Shown here in pieces: positions 9,929 through 17,694 of a DNA stretch of 20,000 nt. The stretch lies in sequence record DRR723986_14582; one strand, given 5' to 3'. How positions within the stretch are numbered: position 1 is the stretch's first letter; every line of letters starts with the position of its first letter. The position numbers were made by a program, and so were the translations under genes. Under the pieces are notes generated by a model that saw nothing but the letters and a program-made list of their open reading frames with translations, had not been told where the DNA came from and made no database searches.

Positions 9929-10458
9929 TGCTTGAATTTGTTGAATCCTTGCCCACTGCGGGTCCGCAAAGTTTAACATTTCATGCAAGCTTCGATAACA
10001 GGCATTGTCTGATATCCTAGGGCCCAACCAGAGTTTGGAGCTGATCGATCGCTAACCGAACGCTTTGGGGCATCAACTGCAACCGCGAGCCAGCTTTCTC
10101 AGGCACATTCCTCCAAGGCGTATTTCCGTACTCTGGACCCCGGATTGCGCCTTTCTGCTCCTGCCAACTCCTGGCCTGCACCGGTTCAAAAGGGGGCTAG
10201 AGCAAGGTTACAAGGCACTATTCGGACTGACCGCGATACATTGCCCGTTTCCAAAGCAGACGTTTCGATTAGCTTATAGGGCTGAGAATCTCCCCAACGG
10301 GGTTTGCCGCAAAAATCCTGCGACTGCCCTGCTCTGCCGATAAACTTGGCCCCAACCAGCACCGCGAACGAAATCGCGACGAGGCGAGGCAGATTTGGGA
10401 TCAACAACGGCGAATCGAAACCGATCTCGCTCAGGGACAAGCCAAAGGACCACATCAC

Positions 10459-11940
10459 GTGGCAAAAAAGAAGAGCTCGACGAGACGTAATCGTTCGGCC
10501 GGGCAGAAAACAGCGTCTCCCCAAGAGGGCGAACGCATCAACAAAGTACTCGCGCAGGCTGGTTTCGGAAGCCGCCGCGAGGTAGAAGAATTGGTCGTCC
10601 AGGGCCGCGTCGAAGTTGACCGTGAGACGATTACGAAGCTGTCCACGCGGGTCGATCCCTCGAAGCAGAAGATCAAAGTCGATGGCGTCCCGCTGAAGAA
10701 GCAAAAGTTAGTCTACTTTGCGCTGAACAAACCACCGGGCGTTCTCTCAACCAATCGGGACCCCAGCGGTAGGTTGCGAGTGATCGATTTCGTGCCCGCC
10801 AACGAACGCGTTTTCTCCGTGGGCAGGCTTGATCGCAGCAGCGAGGGCCTCATCCTCCTCACCAACGACGGTTCGCTTGCGCAGCGACTTGCGCACCCCA
10901 AGTACCGGATTCAGAAGAGTTACTTCGTCGTTGTCGCTGGCATGATGACCAACGATGAACTTGCTGGCCTTCGCAAAGGAGTCCACCTTGCGGAGGGTTT
11001 TGCAAGGATCGACGGTGCGCGGATCCGCCGCCATCGAAAGGGCTGCACAGAGCTTGAGATTGTACTTTCGGAAGGAAAGAACAGAGAAATTCGTCGAATC
11101 TTGGCACGAGCTGGGCACAAGGTCGTCCTCCTGCGTCGCATCGCCATCGGCACGCTTCGCCTTGGCCAGATTCCAGTCGGCGCTTCACGGGCGCTCACCG
11201 CCAACGAAGTCAAATCGCTCTACGCACTTGCAACGCCCTCGCCGAAGAAGGCAAGTAAACCGGCCAGTAAGGCAAAGCCTGCCTCTGCGAGCGGAACGAA
11301 ACGCAAGAGCGCGCCAACTGTTAAGAAAACCGACGTCGAAACAAATGAGATGGACGACGAGTTCATCGCGCAGCCGTTCGCCTCCGAGGGCGATAGCGAT
11401 GGTTTCGAATGGTCGCCGGAGGAAGATTTCGACGGCAGCCTAGACGGCGGCCTCCCTTCACTGGGCGATACACCTGAGGAAGAATTTGCCTACGACGATG
11501 ACTTCGTCTCCGGCTTCGACTTTTCATCATCCCAGGGAAGTGTGATCGGCGGCGAAAACGAAGAAACGCCCACGCCAAAGCCACGAGGAACACGCGCCGG
11601 CGGCCGGACAGCCCGATCTAGCAAATCCTCAGGAGGAAAGCGCACCGCCAGCAAGTCTCCCAGTAAATCCGCCAGGGGCGGAGCTTCTGCCAGTCGAACT
11701 GCACGAGGCACATCCAAGGGTGTCAAGAAGGCCGCCGGCGGTCGCAAGTCTAGTCATGCCAGATCAACCGGAGGCAAATCGCCCGGCGGCAAACCATCTA
11801 GTGCAAAGTCATCCGGCGGAAAATCAAACGCTCGTCGCACCACAAAATCATCACCAAGCACCGGAGGAAAGCGGTCCGGTGCTAAGGCTGGCCCGCCGAA
11901 GGGCAGATCAGGAAGACCAGGCAAGGGCCGACGGCGCTAA
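10459..11940 (+). CDS. RsuA/RluB-family rRNA pseudouridine synthase with a long disordered C-terminal extension
   Basis: S4 domain ERINKVLAQAGFGSRR, LNKPPG, catalytic VGRLD, SEGLILLTNDG, EGKNREIRR, then about 235 aa of low-complexity tail. Probably RluB-like. Confidence 0.9.
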   Translation: MAKKKSSTRRNRSAGQKTASPQEGERINKVLAQAGFGSRREVEELVVQGRVEVDRETITKLSTRVDPSKQKIKVDGVPLKKQKLVYFALNKPPGVLSTNRDPSGRLRVIDFVPANERVFSVGRLDRSSEGLILLTNDGSLAQRLAHPKYRIQKSYFVVVAGMMTNDELAGLRKGVHLAEGFARIDGARIRRHRKGCTELEIVLSEGKNREIRRILARAGHKVVLLRRIAIGTLRLGQIPVGASRALTANEVKSLYALATPSPKKASKPASKAKPASASGTKRKSAPTVKKTDVETNEMDDEFIAQPFASEGDSDGFEWSPEEDFDGSLDGGLPSLGDTPEEEFAYDDDFVSGFDFSSSQGSVIGGENEETPTPKPRGTRAGGRTARSSKSSGGKRTASKSPSKSARGGASASRTARGTSKGVKKAAGGRKSSHARSTGGKSPGGKPSSAKSSGGKSNARRTTKSSPSTGGKRSGAKAGPPKGRSGRPGKGRRR

Positions 11941-12020
11941 CATCCAAGCGTTTTGCTAATTCACTCAAATCGGCGTGCAACCTAAGCAAGCCAAAGCAAT
12001 CAAGCTCCAGGGGAAACCGG

Positions 12021-12881
12021 ATGCCTCACTTCGCAGACTCAGCACAATCGGTTGAAGCCGAGATCGTCTTTAACGAGACTATCGCTGAAAACACCAAGAA
12101 AATCCGCCTGCGGACAAGCGAGCTTGAGCACACTGGGGTCCCCGGACAGTTCTACATGATCCGAATCCCGGATGCCAACGACCCGTTGATCGGACGCGCA
12201 TTTGCTCTTTACGACAGTCAGTCAGACGCCCAATCAGGCGATTCACTTGTCGATCTGGTTTACTTGGTGAAGGGCAAAATGACCACTGCGATTGCTCCAA
12301 TGGTGCCCGGCGAGCGTATCGCTCTGTGGGGACCTCTGGGGAACAGTTTCGACACGACGCCCACCCCACACTTAATCATGGTCGCTGGTGGTGTTGGCCA
12401 GACTCCCTTTGTCGCCCTCGCACGTGAAGCCCTTGGCAAACAAAGCTTTGCCTCCCCCGATGGGCAGCGTCCAAGCGGATACGCTGAGAAAGTCTCTATC
12501 TGCTACGGCGCTCGCAGCAGCGGCTACCTGGCGGGACTCGATGATTTTCGCGACGCCGGCGCAGAACTACACATTGCGACCGAGGATGGCAGCCTAGGCG
12601 AAACCGGCAGAGTCACGCTGCCACTACAACGACTGCTCAAGGACACGCCTGCTGGCAGCAGGATTGTGTGCTGTGGGCCTGAACCGATGATGCAAGCCGT
12701 CGCAAAGATAGCTGAAGAAGGCGGCGTCCCCTGCCAGGTATCGTTGGAAACACCCATGGCGTGCGGTATCGGCATCTGCTTTACATGCGTTGCCAAGATT
12801 GGATGCGAAAAAGACTGGGACTACAAACGCACCTGCGTCGAAGGCCCAGTCTTCAATTCTCAAGATGTCATCTTCGATTGA
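12021..12881 (+). CDS. pyrK: Dihydroorotate dehydrogenase electron-transfer subunit
   Basis: PGQFYMI, GPLGNSF, VAGGVGQTP, ATEDGS.G, CGPEPMM, and the 2Fe-2S motif MACGIGICFTC...RTCVEGPVF. Confidence 0.88.
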   Translation: MPHFADSAQSVEAEIVFNETIAENTKKIRLRTSELEHTGVPGQFYMIRIPDANDPLIGRAFALYDSQSDAQSGDSLVDLVYLVKGKMTTAIAPMVPGERIALWGPLGNSFDTTPTPHLIMVAGGVGQTPFVALAREALGKQSFASPDGQRPSGYAEKVSICYGARSSGYLAGLDDFRDAGAELHIATEDGSLGETGRVTLPLQRLLKDTPAGSRIVCCGPEPMMQAVAKIAEEGGVPCQVSLETPMACGIGICFTCVAKIGCEKDWDYKRTCVEGPVFNSQDVIFD

Positions 12882-12915
12882 GAGAAGCTATCAAGCTAGC
12901 TCCGCATACCGAACT

Positions 12916-13935
12916 TTATCGAAGCAGCGGGTTTCCGGTGCTTGCAGTGTTCGGTGGAAGCGAACCTGCCGGTGACGTCGTGCTAGCTGGCCCTGCACCG
13001 AAGTCGTAGCCAGTGCTACGCCCAGTTGTACCGGGGCTGAACCCACCCAATTCAGTTGAGCCGCGATAGGCAGAAGGTGCTGTAGCTGTAGGTGTTGTCG
13101 CGGGCGGAAGTCCAATCGCTGAGGACGCGCCAGCCGGGTTGTTCGATGTGGGCAGGTTGGTCGCTGGTCCTGGTGTTACACCGATTCCGGATGAACTTGG
13201 TAGCCCCGAACCGCCCGCTCCACCTGGAAGCCCAGTAGGACTGAGACTGCCAGGATTCTGTGCTGTAGGCAGACTCGTTTGACCGGAGACTGGCAATGCT
13301 GGAAGTCCAGCACCTGTGGTTCCCGCCAATCCTGAGCTGCCTGCAGTAGCCGCGTTGGGCATTCCACCCGCTGGTGGTGCATAGCCGCTTGGAGCCGAGT
13401 AACCAGGAGTGGCACCGTAGCCAGATGGTGTTGTTGGCTGGGATGCTGCCAATCCAGATGCTGGACTGGATGTTGATGTATTAGGAGTACCGTAGGTCCC
13501 CGAATAAGATCCGCCGTAGGGACTTTGCTGCATCGGAGATGAAGCGGCGGCTGCTGTTGCACCATAGGAAGGAGCACCGCCCATTTGATAAGGGCCAGTC
13601 TGATAGCCGTTAGATCGAGCAGCAAGGCCCGCTTGAGGCGTCCCGGTTGCCGCAGCCCCGTAAGGTGAGGTCTGTGAAGCATACGAACCAGTTGCACCAG
13701 TGGACTGCTGAGCGTTGATCGCAGCAACTGAATTCGCCTCGTACTTCGAAGCTGGGCTTTCAGGATAACCTTCTGTCTCGGCAGCCAGCAGGGACGGATC
13801 TGGCTCGCGATTCCACGCGAACATCTTTCCGCTAGGCATCCATGAGTTTGTTGTCTTGCATCCAGCAGAAACCGTTACAAGAGAAACCAGTGCACAAGCA
13901 AATGTGCGGTTCGCTCTCATCAGGTCAAACTTCAT
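12916..13935 (-). CDS. Low-complexity G/S/P/T/A/Y-rich predicted lipoprotein (hypothetical)
   Basis: Probable start ATG 13935 (AAGGA RBS). MKFDLMRANRTFACALVSLVTVSAG-C lipobox, followed by a long, almost uncharged repetitive region. Confidence 0.75.
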   Translation of the reverse strand: MKFDLMRANRTFACALVSLVTVSAGCKTTNSWMPSGKMFAWNREPDPSLLAAETEGYPESPASKYEANSVAAINAQQSTGATGSYASQTSPYGAAATGTPQAGLAARSNGYQTGPYQMGGAPSYGATAAAASSPMQQSPYGGSYSGTYGTPNTSTSSPASGLAASQPTTPSGYGATPGYSAPSGYAPPAGGMPNAATAGSSGLAGTTGAGLPALPVSGQTSLPTAQNPGSLSPTGLPGGAGGSGLPSSSGIGVTPGPATNLPTSNNPAGASSAIGLPPATTPTATAPSAYRGSTELGGFSPGTTGRSTGYDFGAGPASTTSPAGSLPPNTASTGNPLLR

Positions 13936-13938
13936 TTC

Positions 13939-13986
13939 ATCGATCCTTCGATTTATCTTCAAAAGCCCAGGTGCAATCCTTGCACC
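13939..13986 (-). promoter_or_regulatory. Two tandem GGA-loop hairpins in the lipoprotein leader
   Basis: Minus strand: GGTGCAA-GGA-TTGCACC (13970-13986) and ATCGA-AGGA-TCGAT (13939-13952, contains the SD). Confidence 0.5.
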
Positions 13987-14200
13987 AGCTATCGTTAACC
14001 TTCGGATGACCACACCGGCGAAATCCAGTTAATCGTAAAAGTTTACCCAAACCACTCCTGCGTAGGTCCTTCTGGGGACCAACGCGCCGCCTCAAGTGGC
14101 AGTTAGCTTCCTTGGGAACATTCGAATGCTAGGAAACCCATCACAGTGACTGCAAGACCAAACACCGCATTCTCGTCCGCGTCAAAGCGCAAAATGGTCG

Positions 14201-14614
14201 TTAGACGGCAACAGACTCCTGAATCGCAACTTGCAGCGATCGAAACTGGCTTCTCATGAGAGTGATGGCCATGTTGTGCATCGATTGGTTTTTAGAAATC
14301 TGCGTCACCTGCATTTCAAGGCTGACATCATTTCCGGTGTGGTATTCGATTTGATTGGAAACGTCCCGAACCTTTTCCATCGCTTCAGGAACAGTTGTCA
14401 AGTTACCGTAGCGATCCCGTTCGACCGAGTTGGCAGTATTGACGGCATCTTTGAGCGCTTCCTGAAACTTGTCGACCGATACATCCCGCGTTTGATAGCC
14501 TGGTGTATCACGGTTGGCGATGTTTCCAGCAAGAACAACGTGCCGCTTCTGTGCAAAGGCCGCTGTTTGCTCCAGCGCTGGAATCGTTGATCCACTTAGC
14601 CAGGATTGCCACAT
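14201..14614 (-). CDS. flgB: Flagellar basal-body rod protein FlgB
   Basis: RH.VLAGNIANRDTPGYQTRDV and GNDVSLE.Q...ISKN..H motifs. Start ATG 14614 with an AAGGA RBS. Confidence 0.88.
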   Translation of the reverse strand: MWQSWLSGSTIPALEQTAAFAQKRHVVLAGNIANRDTPGYQTRDVSVDKFQEALKDAVNTANSVERDRYGNLTTVPEAMEKVRDVSNQIEYHTGNDVSLEMQVTQISKNQSMHNMAITLMRSQFRSLQVAIQESVAV

Positions 14615-14710
14615 TGCCTGTGTTTCCTTAACAGTATCCGCGTTCGGTGCCAAACTCTGCTGGCGAATTGCCCCGCCCAGTGCGCTTGACTGAATCGCTC
14701 AAACTGACCG

Positions 14711-15169
14711 CTACGCCACCATCGCGCGGCGGGCCGATTGCCTCCAAATCAGACTCACCGCCTTGCCTCCTTGGGGAAGGCGAGCGGTTGCCTTTCGCAG
14801 ACCGTCCACGTCAGTCGCGTCACTGGTAAAGGCGCAGTGTCGGGCGTCGTCGCAACTGCCGTCGTCAGAGATCTCAACAACCAACCCTTCGGCTTGCAGT
14901 ACGCCATACACGGTGACTTCCCCGCCGGATGGCGAACTAGCAATTGCATCGCAAATCGACTCAGAGACAGCCTCTGCAAGTGTCGCTGGGCAAGCAAGTC
15001 CACCAACTCCGCTATCGAGATTCAAGCGAATCACTAGCTGCTTTTCTCGGACCTGCGGCTTGGCCAGTTCGAGAACATCGGCAATGTGTGTTCCGAGCAA
15101 GCTGCTGCGAAACGGATTCTGCGGGAATTTAATTGTTGGTCGCACAACAGTCAGCCTTGAAGAGTCCAA
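14711..15169 (-). CDS. Stand-alone, degenerate HATPase_c (histidine kinase ATPase-like) protein
   Basis: LAEAVSESICDAIASSPSGGEVTV (N-box-like, Asn replaced by Asp), VVEISDDG (G1) and PQGGKAVSL (final strand). No GxGxG G2 box and no HisKA domain. TTG start is uncertain. Confidence 0.55.
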   Translation of the reverse strand: MDSSRLTVVRPTIKFPQNPFRSSLLGTHIADVLELAKPQVREKQLVIRLNLDSGVGGLACPATLAEAVSESICDAIASSPSGGEVTVYGVLQAEGLVVEISDDGSCDDARHCAFTSDATDVDGLRKATARLPQGGKAVSLIWRQSARRAMVA

Positions 15170-15246
15170 GTTCTTGATCGTATCAATTCAACGATAGTCG
15201 TTCTTGAGAAGGTGTTTCTCGGGGCCGCTCAGTCGGCCGGGTCGGT

Positions 15247-15714
15247 TTAGACGCCGCCGATATCGAGCACCCTTCCCGTTGTATTTTGAGTCGACGAATA
15301 AGCACGCCGTGATGCTTGCTCGTTTTGTCCACTGCGAAGCTGGGCCGCAATCGCTTCTCGTTGAGCGGTTGCCTGCTGCAGCAACGCTTCGTCCTGTCGC
15401 GTGACTTCTGCAAGAATCGCGTTGCTCTTCTCGAGCATGGCTCTGCATTGGCCGCGTTTCTCTGGCGATTCCCACGTCCGACTCTCAGGATCGTCGGTCT
15501 GAAACACACTCAACTCGTCTTGGATTACTTGCAGACACTCGATCAAGTTCTGCTTTTTCCCTAGTACACTCAACAGTGCATCGGGAACTTCGCCACTGGC
15601 TGCTTCGGCTGTCGCTGCACCGAGTTGCTCTAGCTGCTGGGCTGTCTGGAGCCGTTGCTCGATCAACTGGAAAAGCCGATCCGTGTGGCCAAATTCGTTG
15701 TCATTGTCTTCCAT
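15247..15714 (-). CDS. Helical protein, FlgN/FliT-like flagellar export chaperone candidate
   Basis: 155 aa, all-helical/coiled-coil pattern, L..L..KQ.LI..L, C-terminal RRAY...VLD. Co-oriented two genes upstream of flgB. The family call is an inference. Confidence 0.55.
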   Translation of the reverse strand: MEDNDNEFGHTDRLFQLIEQRLQTAQQLEQLGAATAEAASGEVPDALLSVLGKKQNLIECLQVIQDELSVFQTDDPESRTWESPEKRGQCRAMLEKSNAILAEVTRQDEALLQQATAQREAIAAQLRSGQNEQASRRAYSSTQNTTGRVLDIGGV

Positions 15715-15879
15715 GACGCACCACTTCTATTGCATGCAAACAGGTTCTTCAACAATCCTGCTTGTTGGATACCAGATGTGGTGGAAGGCGACGAGATCGA
15801 TTTTGGGGCTCAAGAGAGAGTTGACGACTTCCCGTAAGGAGTTTGCGCCCCAAGTGCAGATGGTTTGCTTGCAATCGGA

Positions 15880-16557
15880 CTAGAGCAAGTCCTCCCTTCG
15901 CTGAGCGGTGCGTTTCAGACTCTGCTCCTTTCGCCATCGTGCTATTTCCGGATGGTTTCCACTGAGCAGTATTTCAGGGACTTCCAGGCCTCGATATACC
16001 CGCGGACGCGTGTACTGCGGAAACTCCAACAAGTTGTCGTTCGAAAACGAGTCGTCCTGACTACTTCGCTCATCTCCCAGCACGCCGGGCAGCAAACGAA
16101 TCACCGCTTCCACGATTGCCATCGACGCTACTTCACCACCGTTGAGGATGAAGTCGCCAAGGCTAATCTCCATCGGCTGCAGAATGTCGACGACCCTCTG
16201 ATCGAATCCCTCGTAGCGGCCGCAAAGCAGTAACAGCCGCGGCACTTCGGCCAGCTCCTGGACCACAGGCTGTTTCAGCACGCGGCCCTGCGGAGTCATC
16301 ATGACAACCTGTCCAGGTTCATCACCCATCGCCTGGACGGCTTCCACACAGGAGACGACCGGTTCAACTTGGATCAACATCCCAGGCCCGCCACCGTAGG
16401 GCGTGTCGTCAACTTTTGAGTGCTTCGACGTTGACCAGTCGCGCATGTTGTGGACATGCACCTCGATTAATCCGCGGTCGATTGCCTTGGCAAGCAGGCT
16501 TTCGGCCAAGTAACCGGGGAAGATGTCGGGGAACAAAGTAATGATGTCAAATCGCAC
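15880..16557 (-). CDS. trmD: tRNA (guanine37-N1)-methyltransferase
   Basis: MRFDIITLFP, VDDTPYGGGPGM, TPQG, CGRYEGFDQR, SLGDFILNGGE, RLLPGVLG, LLEFPQYTRP, LLSGNH. Confidence 0.97.
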   Translation of the reverse strand: MRFDIITLFPDIFPGYLAESLLAKAIDRGLIEVHVHNMRDWSTSKHSKVDDTPYGGGPGMLIQVEPVVSCVEAVQAMGDEPGQVVMMTPQGRVLKQPVVQELAEVPRLLLLCGRYEGFDQRVVDILQPMEISLGDFILNGGEVASMAIVEAVIRLLPGVLGDERSSQDDSFSNDNLLEFPQYTRPRVYRGLEVPEILLSGNHPEIARWRKEQSLKRTAQRREDLL

Positions 16558-16736
16558 GATTTGCTAGCCATAATCAAAAAGGAGGTGCAAAAACGAAGCT
16601 CGGGCTGAAGCCGCAAACTCCGCGCAACCGATAAACTTTAACAGCCACGCAAAACTCATGCGGGCAAAGTGCGCCAAGATTTTGCTGGCAAAGACACGCC
16701 AACGAACGCCAATTCAACCTCATACTGTCAATATCT

Positions 16737-17660
16737 GTGTCCAGCGTACCAAGTTCATCCAAATCGCGTTCATCGAAGTCGCATAGCAATGCGAATCGAA
16801 ATCCATCGGTCTACGACCGCGATGGTGATGGATTGGGCGACGCCCTTCACCGCTGGGTTAGCGATTGGGGCAAACTCGTCGTCGACGCAGTACTGAGTCT
16901 GGGCGACATGGCGATCTTTGCCGGGCGGATGTTTGTTTGGCTCTTCACTGCCCTGCCCCGCAAAGGCACACTGCTTCCTAATTTTTACCACGTCGGCGTT
17001 CTAAGCCTACCCGTTGTTGCTCTGACAGGCACATTCATCGGAATGGTGTTGGCCAATATGAGCTACACGCAGTTTCGCGACCTGGGGCTGGAAAGCCGCA
17101 TGGGAGCGGTCATCAACTTCTCGCTAGTTCGAGAACTTGGTCCCGTGCTAGCTGCGACCATGCTGGCAGGTCGTGTCGGAAGTGCAATGGCTGCGGTGCT
17201 GGGCACGATGCGCGTGACTGAACAGATCGATGCACTAACAAGCATGGGTGCGAACCCGATTCACTACTTGGTCGTTCCGCGGTTCCTGGCCTGTATTCTG
17301 CTCATCCCAGCCTTGACGATCATGGCCGACTTCATGGGAATCGTCGGCGGGTACTTCTATGCCGTCGTCATGCTGGAGGTTGACCACTTCCAGTACCTAG
17401 CCAACAGTCGCGCTTTCGTGGGTGGGTGGGACTTGTTCGTTGGAGTGTTTAAAAGCTTCTTCTTCGGTGGCACCATCGCCATCGTGAGCTGCTACCGCGG
17501 TTTCAATTGTTCGGCGGGTGCCGAGGGCGTAGGACGCGCGGCGACCGCAGCCTTCGTTTTCAGCTTTGTGCTCCTGCTAGTAGAAGATCTGTTGCTGAAC
17601 ATCTTCCTTGAATCGATACACGTCCGCATTTGGCCAGCCGGCACGAACAAACTTTTTTAG
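16737..17660 (+). CDS. mlaE: MlaE-family lipid/MCE ABC transporter permease
   Basis: RELGPVLAATMLAGRVGS, MRVTEQIDAL..MG.NP..YLVVPR, GAEGVGRA, multiple TM helices. GTG start. Confidence 0.92.
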   Translation: MSSVPSSSKSRSSKSHSNANRNPSVYDRDGDGLGDALHRWVSDWGKLVVDAVLSLGDMAIFAGRMFVWLFTALPRKGTLLPNFYHVGVLSLPVVALTGTFIGMVLANMSYTQFRDLGLESRMGAVINFSLVRELGPVLAATMLAGRVGSAMAAVLGTMRVTEQIDALTSMGANPIHYLVVPRFLACILLIPALTIMADFMGIVGGYFYAVVMLEVDHFQYLANSRAFVGGWDLFVGVFKSFFFGGTIAIVSCYRGFNCSAGAEGVGRAATAAFVFSFVLLLVEDLLLNIFLESIHVRIWPAGTNKLF

Positions 17661-17694
17661 CTGAGCAAGTCGAAAAGACGCACTGAAACTCCCG

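Noticed and set aside
10279-10305. GGGCTGAGA, resembling the TPP riboswitch core
   Set aside because: The downstream ACCTGA..GCGTAGG elements are absent and the neighbouring genes are unrelated to thiamine.
13176-13727. 183-aa alternative-frame ORF inside the low-complexity lipoprotein gene
   Set aside because: Stop-poor off-frame reading caused by biased codon composition; no RBS or motif.
14014-14200. Hairpins downstream of flgB as a possible ncRNA or terminator
   Set aside because: Stems are short (e.g. GGTCC..GGACC), with no U-tract and no recognisable RNA family.
14637-14653. TTGGCAC (sigma54 -24-like) upstream of flgB
   Set aside because: No GC at the -12 position (it reads GG) and it is too close to the RBS. 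At best a relic.
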